From Octopus vulgaris (Eukaryota): a stretch of 64,000 nucleotides of DNA. This document shows positions 38,368 through 51,667 of this stretch, piece by piece (position 1 is the first letter of the stretch; each line of letters opens with the position of its first letter). The position numbers were made by a program, and so were the translations under genes. Under the pieces are notes generated by a model. That model ran no database searches, was not told where the DNA came from, and was given only the letters and a program-made list of their open reading frames with translations. The stretch spans positions 139,624,001 through 139,688,000 of the forward strand of contig OX597818.1 of the NCBI GenBank assembly GCA_951406725.2, written 5' to 3'.

Positions 38368-39666
38368 ATACCAAGTTTGTATAGAAGAATCTTGTAGCCA
38401 AGAATGAAACGATGATAGAAAACTGTATGTCCATTGCTTGCCCAAACATTATGTACAAGCTTGAAACAAGCTTTCGGAAGCAATTCCTTCAGTACCATGA
38501 CGAGTCCAAGAACATAGTGACAGATGGGTCGGCAGATGGAAAGAAAAGGGCGCGGGGATGTATCAAATAACTTTACTAAACAAATTGAACTTCTAGAAGT
38601 AAGAAAACATCGCGAGAATGGTGTGACGATATGGCTTGGTTGTAGGAAAGTATTTAAGTCTATTTCTAACTTATGCTTGCTCAAATCTCTGTACTTGGGA
38701 AAAGTATCTGCTACCGTAGTCATTGAGAGACTCACAAAAACCTGGGAAACAATTTTCATACAAGTGAGAGCCGAAAGATAGTATCCGATGTTATAAATAT
38801 AAAAAAAAGGTATAACAAGGAGTTAATCTTTTTGTACTTTTGTATATTTTAGGACCAAATACGCCATCGTTTCTTTTATAAAACTCTAATGACTAAATTC
38901 CCGGATAAGGAACTGCTGAAGATGCCTACATAACACATAATATCTTTGTCAATGACTTGAAGATCTATACTACAAATAGCTATATTAAAACTCAGCCGGA
39001 AGTAATTACATGTTTAGCTGACGTAAAAATGGAATTTGCCTTTAAGAAATGATCGTGTGTGTAATGAAAAAATGATCACAAAAGGGAAGAAAACACAGGA
39101 GGGTTAAGTTTTAACAGATGTATTAGCTTAGGGCATATAAGTAAGGGACGTAGCCTTGATGTTCCGCACGCTAGTCCTTCATTAGAAGAAAAATATTGAC
39201 AAAAGTAAAGGGGTAGTGTGTAAGAGAAGTTTATAGGGTAGCTAAAAAGAAGAAAAAATAGGTGAGTAGGTTAAGGACAAGATAGAGAAGGAGTGGAGGA
39301 GGTGTGACTATAGGAGAATATCTGTGCAATGAGATAAACATAAAAGGAAAGTGAAATATATGGCATATGTTAGTGAGTACTGATCCGCCTATTATTGGGT
39401 ACCTATTAGATGTTTCTCTTACAGAGACAATTTGTTAGTCAACGTGAGCAAAAGTTTGAAGAGAGACACAAATAGAGCGCAAAATATTTCTATTAGAAAC
39501 TTCAAGTATGTCTGTATGAATTTATACATACGCAGTCATATATATACTTGTGCACGCGCCCGTATATATATATGTATGCATGTACACATACTTTCATACA
39601 CACACTCACACATATATGTACAGTTGCATTAGAATATATATATATGTATGTACATACGGGTATATG

Positions 39667-39710
<44 letters not shown>

Positions 39711-39714
<4 letters not shown>

Positions 39715-40132
39715 AAATATTAGGGAACAAATCCAAACTTACAGGGAAAAATCAGATTTAGGATTGAATCCAATTTTATAGTAAAATATTATATTATATT
39801 AAATTAGAGATAAAACCACTATTAGTCAAATCATACAAGGAAAAACTTAAGCCAATACATAAGATTAATTAATTTATATTATTATATATATATCAAAATT
39901 ATTAAAAAAGATAATTAATATAACACTACGATCGTTTCATGGCTGTTCAATTCTTAAAATTTTCGAGTTACAGTCATTCTTCAGGTGGTTTACATATTTA
40001 ACTTGGCGAGGTTTAATCAATAATTTTGATATATATTTAAATAATATAAATTAATTAATCTTATGTATTGGCTTAAGTTTTTCATTGTAAGATTTGACTA
40101 ATAGTGGTTTTATCTCTAATTTAATATAATAT
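39711..40132 (-). mobile_element. (TA)n-embedded fold-back element (arms 39791-39903 and 40019-40132) with a hammerhead in the loop; probable Penelope-like pLTR remnant
   Basis: ATATTATATTAAATTAGAGATAAAACCACTATTAGTCAAATC... versus ...GATTTGACTAATAGTGGTTTTATCTCTAATTTAATATAATAT; ~80-bp unpaired extension on the left. Confidence 0.8.
39922..39990 (-). ncRNA. Minimal type I hammerhead ribozyme, intact core
   Basis: Minus strand: AACCAC-CTGAAGA-ATGACTGT..loop..ACAGCCAT-GAAA-CGATCG-TA-GTGTT. Helix II pairs 7 of 8 bp, helix III is the palindrome ACGATCGT, cleavage triplet GUA, helix I CAC/GTG. Confidence 0.75.
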
Positions 40133-40143
40133 ATATATATATA

Positions 40144-40506
40144 GGCGCAGGAGTGGCTGTGTGGTAAGTAGCTTGCTAATCAACCACATGGTTCCGGGTT
40201 CAGTCCCACTGCATGGCAACTTGGGCAAGTGTCTTCCACTATAGCCTCGGGCCGACCAAAGCCTTGTGAGTGGATTTGGTAGACGGAAACTGAAAGAAGC
40301 CCGTCGTATATATGTATATATATATGTGTGTGTATGTGTTTGTGTCTGTGTTTGTCCCCCTAGCATTGCTTGACAACCGATGTTGGTGTGTTTACGTCCC
40401 CGTCACTTAGCGGTTCGGCAAAAGAGACCGATAGAATAATTACTGGCGGTGCTCCAGCATGGCCGCAGTCAAATGACTGAAACAAGTAAAAGAGTAAAGG
40501 AGAGAG
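40144..40506 (+). mobile_element. SINE family A
   Basis: Head through tail, with a short deletion in the 3' part. Confidence 0.9.
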
Positions 40507-40512
40507 TATATA

Positions 40513-40580
<68 letters not shown>

Positions 40581-41292
40581 TATATATATATACATATGCA
40601 TATAATATATAGTGATACATGAACATGGACACACATATATACGGATATACATACATGAAAACAGACATACAGACTTACTCATTCACATACACCATACATA
40701 TATCAACTATGATCTGTTATTTCCCTACGCAAATGCTATTACAAACTACCATTATCTGTCGCAAGTCGGTCGCCGATAGGTTTCGTAGGTGTTTAATGAT
40801 TTACGGGAAACGTCAGCGCATGTTTAGACTAATATCAGATAACGTAGTGATATAGCGAAGAATTTTTTGGCATTGCTGGAATCCTACCGGAAAGGATAGT
40901 AGATGGTCCCCGGGGATGGAATTTATTTATTTGTTCATCTACCGGCATTCTGTATATGCCTTTAGAATTATTATTGGCTTAAAAGCAAAGTGGAATAGTA
41001 TGTATTCATGCATATATGTATGCACGAATGTATATAAGTACGAATGTATGTTTTTACGCATGTATGTATGTATGTGATTATAAACGTATGTATATATATG
41101 TATATGACTGTGTGCATGTGTTTAAAGTATCACATATATAAGCATATTTTCAATCTTGTAAACATGCATAGCACAAATGCGTATATAGTGTAACAAATGT
41201 ATATATAAATATGTTTATATGCATGCATATTTATGTATTTATGTATGTATGTATGTATGTATGTATTTATGTATGTATGTATGTGTGTATGC

Positions 41293-42140
41293 TATTATTC
41301 AGTTTCATTTCAAGATTTGTTGCCAGTAGAGAAAGGGCCGGTTTCTAATCTAGATCCAAGGGCCTTTCACTGGAATTTCAACGTGAATAACAGGATATTT
41401 TGTATGTATGTATGTATGTATGTATGTATGTATGTATGTATGTATGTATGTATGTATGTATGTATGTATGTATGTATATAGATTTGTATGTTTTGTTTTA
41501 CGCATGTCTTCTCATGCATATACTTTCATATCTAGACATGCTCATATATACTTAAATGATAAACTTCTGGAAAGTTTTACAGATTTTACGATTCCAGTGA
41601 CGGATTGGATCTGTTGTCTTCGAATCAGCTTTCTCCTTTCTGGTTTTGATAAGCCTAATTTCTCAAGATTGGTGTTTTGGCAGTGTGTTATATATCCTAC
41701 TGCCCCAATAATTACATGTACAAATCTGGATAGATTAACTGCAGGTTTCTCAATAGCTCAACATGGATTTCTCTTTTTCACTGACCTTCCGCTTTGTGTG
41801 AACATCCGCTGGACAGCTGTTTTCCACAACCCTACACAGTTTTTTTCTCTCTATTCCAAATCATTATATCAGGTCAAAATTGATTACATTATTGAGTTTT
41901 TGACCCAGAACTCCTTTGTGTTATGATTGCCTATGGCTTATTTCTTAATTCTTTGTTCACGGGGTTATCCTTTCGACGGATGTCATTATCGGGTGTCCTA
42001 ACTAGAACAAAATGTCTTATCGGTAGATAACACAGTGACGACATTTTCGGACACCTGCTTATAATGTGGTTGATATATTCGTTGTTAACTCCACAAATTC
42101 TGCGTCGGTTGTCACATTTTACTCTTTTTCCTGCATTTGA
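41293..42140 (-). pseudogene. RLE-type LINE 3' fragment (third family) with (CATA)n inside the 3' UTR
   Basis: CDNRRRICGVNNEYINHIISRCPKMS..YLPIRH (CCHC knuckle remnant)...PDIMIWNREKK..VVENSCPADV...LLRNLQLIYP..IIGAVGYITHC...LEKLGLSKPERRKLIRR. 3' UTR homologous to 50930-51160. Confidence 0.85.
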
Positions 42141-42282
42141 CACTTTTGAGCATGAGGCATGTACGTACGTGCATGTGTGTATGACGCTCTCTGTCTCTTT
42201 CGCTCCCCCTCTCTCTACCTCTCTCTATATATATATATTTATATACATACACACACATAGACATATATATACATATATAATA

Positions 42283-42341
<59 letters not shown>

Positions 42342-42957
42342 TTATAAATAGTGTCACCTGTTCTGTTGGAATCTAGTTTTGGCTAACACAATTACTAAAT
42401 TACTGGAATATAATATAAATACACACACACACACACATGTATATATATATGTACTGCACACAGAGTGTTCTGCTAGTTATAACCAGAAATAACTCTGATG
42501 AAAATAGCAATAATTAATAGCATTAATTTTCTTAGGTCGTTCAAATTTTCTCGATTCAAACAGACCATTTGAGTATATCTATCAGTAATGTACCTATAAG
42601 GACACCTGGAAACAGCTGCAAGGCAAATTTGCTCCAATAGGGGATAGATATATCAGGACCATTATTTAAAACTTGTTTTCTTTTTATATATCACTGTTTG
42701 TAAAAACCAGTTTGTCAGGAGCCCATCCACAGACTGACAATATAGAATTGTGATGACTTATAACCTTGGACCCTGCCTTAAGAATACTCGGAGTTCATTA
42801 CTAATCTAAATAATACAGTTAGTCTCCTGTGCCAACAGAGAGGTTACGAAGTATCTGGCTCGGATTGATAATTCCTCACTATTAGCTATATACAAACACA
42901 CACATACTCAGGCACACACAAAAACACAAGCACACACACACACACATATATTTATAA

Positions 42958-43115
42958 AGGGAAAGTTTACGAAAATAAACAAAAGACGAAGGCAGGTGGT
43001 ATACAAACAAACAAATGTGTTAATATAGCGCTCAGGAATAGAAAAAGTCTTTTACGTTTCGAGCCTACGCTCTTCTACTGAAAGATACACAGAAAAAAAC
43101 AAGGAGAGAAAAAAA
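42958..43115 (-). mobile_element. Penelope-like terminal fragment with degenerate hammerhead (43048-43085)
   Basis: Minus strand TCTTT-CAGTAGA-A-GAGC-GTAG-GCTC-GAAA-CG-TA-AAAGA: helix I 5 bp, helix II 4 bp, palindromic ACGT helix III, but two core substitutions. Confidence 0.6.
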
Positions 43116-43675
43116 TGTGTGTAGTAGCTACATACGGACATACATACATACATACATACATACATACATACATACATACATACATACATACATACATACA
43201 TACATGCATACATGCATGCATACATACATACATACATACATACATTCATACATACATACATGCATACATACTTACATGCATGCATACATACATACATACA
43301 TACATACTCATACGCTGGAGTTTCTTTCAGATTCAGTTGGATTGCTTAGGCCAGTGTTATTGTAGACGACACTTGCCCGAAGTGCCGCGTATTGAGATTG
43401 AACCAGAAAGCAGATGGTTGCACAGCCATTTCTGCGCCTATATATGTATAACAGACACTCACACGCACAAACACACACACGCACAAATATACACACAGAA
43501 ATACACAACATCTAGAACTTTACTGCAATGGCATAAGGGTGGTGAGGTTTGTGCATGATACGTATGTGTTTTACGTATGTAGACATCCATACCGACACAG
43601 GCAAATACACATGAATACACACACTCACGCACACAAATGCATACATATATATGACTATAAATTCTGTTTGTCTGA

Positions 43676-43897
<222 letters not shown>

Positions 43898-44152
43898 ATG
43901 TATACATGAATATACCCGTACTAATAAATAATGTAAATGAGTGCCTGTGTGTAATTTCAGAAAGATGAGTAAATATTGCGATATACTTCCAAACACCATC
44001 TGTATTTCATCCGTGGTCTGTTAGCTTGACATTTCTAACTAACATTAACCAATCCTTAAAGCTATTCTCATCTACATTTTTACATTTATGTTGAACAGAT
44101 GAGTGCACAGCATGAGTGTAAACCTATGATTTCTATGATAGTAACGAAATAC

Positions 44153-44202
<50 letters not shown>

Positions 44203-44237
44203 GCATACATATATACACATCCATACATATATGTGTT

Positions 44238-44272
<35 letters not shown>

Positions 44273-44288
44273 CTCTCTCTCTCTCTCT

Positions 44289-44326
<38 letters not shown>

Positions 44327-44335
44327 TATATGCAC

Positions 44336-44382
<47 letters not shown>

Positions 44383-44389
44383 CATACAT

Positions 44390-44610
44390 ACTCTTTACTC
44401 TTTACTCTTTTACTTGTTTCAGTCATTTGAGTGCGGCCAGGCTGGAAGCACCGCCTTTAGTCGTGCAAATCGACCCCAGGACTTATTCTTTGCAAGCCTA
44501 ATACTTATTCTATCGGTTTCTTTGGCCGAGCCGCTAAGTTACGGGGACGTAAACACACCAACATCGGTTGTCAGGCGATGTTGGGGGGATAAACATAGAC
44601 ATACAAACAT

Positions 44611-44681
<71 letters not shown>

Positions 44682-44824
44682 TACGACGGGCTTCTTTCAG
44701 TTTCCGTCTATCAAATCCACTCACAACGCTTTGTTCTACCCGAGGCTATAGTAGAAAACACTTGCCCAAGATGCTACGCAGTGGGACTGAACCCAGAACC
44801 ATGTGGTTGGCAAGTAGCTTGCTT
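44390..44824 (-). mobile_element. SINE family A (head slightly truncated)
   Basis: Reverse complement of tail, internal microsatellite and head. Confidence 0.85.
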
Positions 44825-44834
44825 CAGCAAAAGG

Positions 44835-45122
44835 GACCAGATTTGTGGCTCGCAACGCACCCTGTCACCGAACTCTCTTCATTCGTGAGTTTCTGGTCAA
44901 AAACAACATGGTATTCCTTCTGCACTGGTCCTATTCACCAGATTTAGCACCCGCGGACTTCTCAGAGAGGATAATGCAGTCGTTTTAACGTCATTGTCGA
45001 GATCTAAAGCACATCGCAAAAGGTTCTCGACTCGCTTGCAGTAAACGACATCCAGGTCGGATTCCAAAAGAGGTAAGAACGCTGGGATTATTGCATTGCT
45101 GCGCAAGATGACTGTTTCCAAG
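44835..45122 (+). pseudogene. mariner (DD34D-type) transposase C-terminal remnant
   Basis: [36 protein letters not shown] matches HDNA.PH...HPPYSPDLAP.DF; later ERWDYCIAAQDDCFQ matches RW..C+..G.YFE; stops present. Confidence 0.85.
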
Positions 45123-45714
45123 TTGATGCTAAAACTTTTCTATGAAACCTAAGTATTCTGAGAACCTTTAGGTACCGCCGAAAACAGCCACAAATTTAAT
45201 TGTTTACACACATGATAAAAAATTATGATATACTCGCACGCTCACACACATACACATAGGCACACATATACATACATATGTTCTCATCCATACATATATA
45301 TAACCTGACCAACCAACTGAATTCATTATGACGCTAGTTAGATTATATTTTCGCCGTTCCGTTCGTATTATGACAATGTAACAATGCGAGCACGCCCATT
45401 TGTAAAATAGACATTCAGTGTGTTTTAACTTAATTTAACTATATCATTTTATACACAAGTCTAAATAATCTTCAACATGTGTTATTAGATCTAATCAAAA
45501 TGAATGATAGAGAGTAATCAATAACTCATGTACTATTATATAATACTGCAAGATTTACTTGAATTAAGTCGAAAAAATTGTAAATTGAAGTAGTGAAGTG
45601 ACTTGACCACTCCATTCTTGTTTATCTTTATACACACACACGTGCTTACGCTTACATACACACACACCCACTCACATTTATATATATATATATATATATA
45701 TACGAATACATATA

Positions 45715-45781
<67 letters not shown>

Positions 45782-45784
<3 letters not shown>

Positions 45785-45941
45785 GACTGGCCGTTGTGTG
45801 TGTTTATTGAGCGAAAACACCTAAAAGCTCTACGAGGCTCCGGCAGGGGGTGGTGATCCCTGCTGTACTCTTTCACCACAATGGCGGTGCCCCAGCATGG
45901 CCACAGCTCAAGAGCTGAAACTGGAAAAACAAACAAACAAA
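45782..45941 (+). mobile_element. Chimeric SINE: family B middle joined to a family A-like tail
   Basis: GTGTTTATTGAGCGAAAACACCTAAAAGCTCTACGAGGCTCCGGCAGG...TCTTTCACCACAA followed by TGGCGGTGCCCCAGCATGGCCACAGCTCAAGAGCTGAAAC. Confidence 0.75.
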
Positions 45942-46691
45942 CATATATATATATATTTATATATATATATATATTACTGCAGATTTTTCGCGTCTTGGCT
46001 CAAAGGAGTCTCCGAACACTCAGCATATTCTTGTATCCCATCTTTTTTAGTGAGGTAGTTTTGCAATGACCGATAATTTACCCACATAGCGTCAAAGTAA
46101 CAGTGCAGGTGATTGTAAATAAGTGTTTACTGTAGGACGAGCATGGTTTCATTTTTGTCCAGAATGATCTCAAAATTCAGCCCACCACTTCTCTACACAT
46201 TCTTACGACCTTAGTAATTTGTACAGAAAATGATTCACTATTACTCACGTGGATTCCCACTAACTACGGAATTGCAATATCACCTGGTCGTGTTTGTGTG
46301 TGTGCGTGAGTATACATGCTTATACAAGTATTTAATTAGAGTTAAATCATATAATTTATGTTATAATACCGCTTTTATACAGGTACATTCACACATACAT
46401 AATACGTACCTACACCAATCACATACACACGTGCATGTACACACACACACACACACACATACATACATACATACATACATACATACACTCGTTCATTAAA
46501 ACCCAAACACGTTGACTAACAGATACGCATAGACAAATACATTTACATCCTCCCAAGAATATCTATACAAATGTTCGCTTACCTAACGCATTTGATGATC
46601 AAAAACATTTGCTAGGCATTTTTGCTCACAAGCTTTGCATTTCTGGTGATGAATCATAGACTTGTTGTGCTCGGCTGTAAGCCATAAGGAA

Positions 46692-47051
<360 letters not shown>

Positions 47052-47386
47052 ATTTATATATATCCCTTCATGGTGTCAGCTATTTACTGCTTTATACTAT
47101 TAACACGTTGAAGTCAAACTGACTTTTTGGAGAAGGTGCTAAATTAACATATCATACTAACGATGAAAGACCCAAATTAAAGACTGACAAGTTGAAATAA
47201 GAAATAAAGTGAAACATACGCTTTTCTTACTTTTAAGCGTTCTCTTATTTATTTATTTTATTTATTTATTAATTGTGTTACGTAAATGCCTAGAGAGGAA
47301 TGTGAATATATATATGTATATATGTTTATAAATTTGAGTTGCAAAAAAAAAATGACCATCCCGAAATACAGCAATAAGTATATATG

Positions 47387-47459
<73 letters not shown>

Positions 47460-47495
47460 CACATATGTATTTATGCATACATATATATATATATA

Positions 47496-47623
<128 letters not shown>

Positions 47624-47650
47624 GCATAAATACATATGTGTATGAGTACT

Positions 47651-47721
<71 letters not shown>

Positions 47722-47749
47722 CTACTTAGTAGGTTGGGCGGTCTGTCGT

Positions 47750-47809
47750 TTTCCTGCTGAGGAAGTAAGAAAAAAAAAATGTTGCAGAACACGAAATATA
47801 TTTTGGCAG
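47750..47809 (+). ncRNA. Possible minimal hammerhead-like motif in a TA-flanked insert
   Basis: CTGAGGA (47757-47763)-A-GT...AC-GAAA (47793-47796)-TATA-TT; palindromic ATATAT helix III; helix I poorly paired. Confidence 0.4.
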
Positions 47810-47989
47810 TTCTTAGAAAACGAAAACCAAAAAAAAAAAAAACAACTACAAAAAACCCAAAAAGAAAAAAAACGTGATGAAATTTAGTTTTCTGTGTTTG
47901 TTGTGCTTTTGTGTTGTTTTCTTCCTTTTTCGTATACTTATGCTGACCGACTACATAGCATGAATTGAAAACATATTTATAAAATGTAC

Positions 47990-48069
<80 letters not shown>

Positions 48070-48235
48070 GTGTAAAGAAGACGTTTGCTCGTGCGTGTAT
48101 GTGCGGGTGGTTCTACTACACTTGTCAAACGATATTGCAAGTCAATAAGGAAATACATACACAAATGCATGCGTGTGTGTGAATATATGTATACATACAT
48201 ACATACAGACAGACAGACGCATATATGTATGTATG

Positions 48236-48292
<57 letters not shown>

Positions 48293-48335
48293 TTGTATGT
48301 ATGCATATAGATATATATACATATATAATATATAT

Positions 48336-48414
<79 letters not shown>

Positions 48415-48954
48415 TGTATGTATATACGTGTATGTATATACGTGTATGTATTTTACACTTATATATGCGTATATATTCATGCATGCGCTGAAGCATACAT
48501 ACACACATACACACAAATGTATATATAGTTTGTGTCTGTAAGTTTATGCGCAAGCGTCCGTCTCTGTGGTGTGTTTATATGATTCTTAAATTTTCTTAGA
48601 CATCTCTACTTTATCATTCTCTTTCTTAATGTTGTGTCGTATATATATTATTTATCGCTAAGCTCAGCTGCAATACAGAACACCTTCATTTTTCTTGACT
48701 GTGTCAGCTTTTAATCTTTATCTTTATTAACGTCTCCTTCTTAGACCTGTTTTACATACTTCATAGAACGGTCATATCTATAACGACACATTGGTCTCTA
48801 AATCTGCACCATATAAGCTTTAAAAAAACACCCTTGGTAGTCTCCTGATATCGTCGATGCAGCAGTCATACGCCAGATGACACCATGCGGTTGTAAAACT
48901 ATAAGATGAAACAAAATATGCAGACCACTGTGTAGTGTTGACTGTGAAAGGAAT

Positions 48955-49475
48955 GATTTTCATTATAAGTCTGACCCAGGGCTAAACGAAACTGACATCA
49001 TTGTCGGCATGCTCCATGAAGGCTAAACTGGGATCAAACATCAACTACAGCAACACGTTTGGCGATAAGTCTAGCTTGGGTTTCAACGCCGAGAGCTTTG
49101 GTCGTAGTTCTGCCCTACCAAGGTTAACTAGGGGTTAGACAACGATGCCTTTCATCATAATTCTGCCCAATCGAGGTCAATAATAGGTTTAAGCAACTAC
49201 AACACCACCTGTGATCATGAGCCTGCTCTGTCCTATCTAACTTGGTTTAGACATTCATCATACGTCATTTTGTCTTTCAAGGTTAACTTGCTGATTTACA
49301 AGTAAACCTTTCATCGTAGGATGAATGGAACAGGTTAGATCTGTGGGTAAACAACAATATTTTTAGTTATAAGACTGCTGGATCAAGACTGACACGGAAG
49401 TAACCAACAATAGCCGCAGCGCTGATCATAGGTCTGTAGGAAAAAGATTGATCTTGGGCATAAAAAGACAAAATG
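48955..49475 (+). repeat. Highly decayed ~50-55-bp tandem array (about 9-10 units)
   Basis: Recurring pattern TTT(G/C)ATCATAG.TCTG....CAAGGTTAAC..GGG.TAAACAAC, e.g. 49096-49148, 49149-49205, 49307-49360, 49420-49472. Confidence 0.6.
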
Positions 49476-50292
49476 CATTTTTGAGAATGAAAGCTTATGT
49501 GGAACTCACCAACATCAATAATCGCACAACCCAGTACTCGCGGCTATGTAAGTTTAGCACTGTAATCCTAAAACAAAACGCATATATTAATAAATAGTAA
49601 CTATCTTTAAGAACAGCAAAACGTAAATCAGAAATAAATGAAGTAAATTAAAAATGTTACAAATCCTCACCGTGGCAAACGCTTTCCTTTTATGCTATTG
49701 ATGGGCAGAAAAAAAGAGGGAGGGAATCTTCTGACATTCCTCTCCGACCAGCAGCACAGATTAGATTTTATACAAAGCAGGCATTAATTAGACTAGGGCC
49801 GAAGTGGACAGTGTTATTTTCACATTTGTACATTTGACAACTCGGTAGTAATTTTTAAAATTATTTGTTCTTCGCACAGCACAGCGGTAATCAAAACAGA
49901 TTTAGCTCTGATTTAGATAGCAGCATTTTCTGTGTTATTTATTAATTTAGGAGGAAAACCGGGTGCTCCTTCTTAGGGTGCCTGACATAAAAATCATGAT
50001 ACGGTCCGTCATATTATTTGTTTACTTTTCCGCACGTCAATAGCACGGAAGAAATGTGTTTCCATTATTATTTAACACACAGAAAGGCTTTGTAAATACT
50101 TTAAAAGGCTGTTATATCACACACGTAAATGCTCCTCAGGCACAGACATAGAGGCTCATATATTTACATTTATCTATCAATCTATCTATTCATGCATACA
50201 TAACTACATACATACATACATACATACATTCATACATACATACATACATACATACATACATACATACATACATACATACATACATACATACA

Positions 50293-50718
50293 TGATGGCT
50301 GCACCCTCGTTATCGAGTATGGCCATTGCACGAAGCTTAACTGTTACTGGTGCTGTGATCGAATGTGACTTTTTAGCCCAGCTAAAGATCTACAATGTCT
50401 TGTACAGAATTGGCAACTAAAACCTTTATTGGTATTAGCCGGCTGTAGTTGTAACTGGGCTTCATGTACCTTTGCATGTCGTTTAAGTCCTCCTGCCGAA
50501 TTACACTCTCTTCCACATGCCCGACAGATATGATTAGTATAGTGTGTTACACCATCACTAGTGGCCAGGTTGTCACTCATCTGTCTCGCTTTATTACTAC
50601 GAAGATGACTCTTGAGTCCAGCTTTACTGAGGCAGGGTCTAACACAGACATTGCAAGTCAGCATCAAAGGAAGACCCTTCCCTTCTGGGAGTGTAACAGC
50701 GATGCCCTTCCTGACATC
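50293..50718 (-). pseudogene. 5'-truncated RTE-clade LINE 3' end with three C2H2-type zinc fingers
   Basis: VRKGI...CNVCVRPCLSKAGLKSHLRS...CRACGRECNSAGGLKRHAKVH...CQFCTRHCRSLAGLKSHIRSQH*, then a short RTE-style 3' UTR GGCCATACTCGATAACGAGGGTGCAGCCATCA running into (TATG)n. Confidence 0.75.
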
Positions 50719-50748
50719 ATACATACATACGTACATACATACACACAT

Positions 50749-51160
50749 GCAAGTTCAGGTTTATATTTGTAATTATTTGAATACTGGGGTTTGTAACACA
50801 GTCTATAGAAACTAGAGAAATTAGACTTCTCAAAACCAGAAAGGAGAAAGCTGATTCGAAGGCTTACAGATCTAAGCCATCACTGGAACTATAAATATCT
50901 GTAAAACTATCCAGAACTTTATCATTTAAGTATTCATGAGCATGTCTAGACATTCAAATATATGCATGAGAAGACATACACAAAACGAAACATACAAATC
51001 TGCACGTATACATACATACATACATACATAAATGCATAAATACATACATACAAAAATACCCCGTTGATAGTGAAATTCCAATGAAGGAGCCTTGAATCTA
51101 GGTTAGAAACCTGCTCTTTCTCTATTAGCAAAAAATCTTGAAATAAAACGGAATAATGTC
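50749..51160 (+). pseudogene. RLE-type LINE 3' end, same family as 41293-42140
   Basis: CTTCTCAAAACCAGAAAGGAGAAAGCTGATTCGAAG...TTTATCATTTAAG...(CATA)n...GAAATTCCAATGAAGGAGCCTTGAATCTAGGTTAGAAACC is homologous to the reverse complement of 41293-41720. Confidence 0.85.
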
Positions 51161-51424
51161 ACACACGCATACAGATACATACACACACATACATCCACAC
51201 GCATTTATCATCATAACAAACAGACAAATGGTTTTAAATTTTGCGACAGTTGTTATGGATTACGCCATACTTTATGTAAGATCTCATGCTCATCAAGCAA
51301 TATTTAAAATATAGTAAAAGCAATTCAAATGTGTCGGTGTTTATCTAGCTATCTGTTAACCTACTTACCTATATACCTAGCAAAATTGAGGTGCATACTA
51401 CTAAGATACATACAAAGACACACA

Positions 51425-51475
<51 letters not shown>

Positions 51476-51667
51476 AAGTAAATAAATGGTACAACGAAGT
51501 ACCGATATTTACTAGAAAATAGCGATCGTAATAAATACGACGCTATTGTATAGCTTCACTGCGTATATACTAGTAAAGACGTGTCTGTGTGTGTGCAACA
51601 AACATGAAAAAAATTTGTCTTACCTCTAGGAAGAACATCTGAAAAATGAAAAACCTAGAAACGGATA

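Noticed and set aside
50344-50748. Host C2H2 zinc-finger gene
   Set aside because: No TGEKP linkers, the start lies in a microsatellite, and the VRKGI motif, S..GL..H fingers and 3' UTR are RTE-like.
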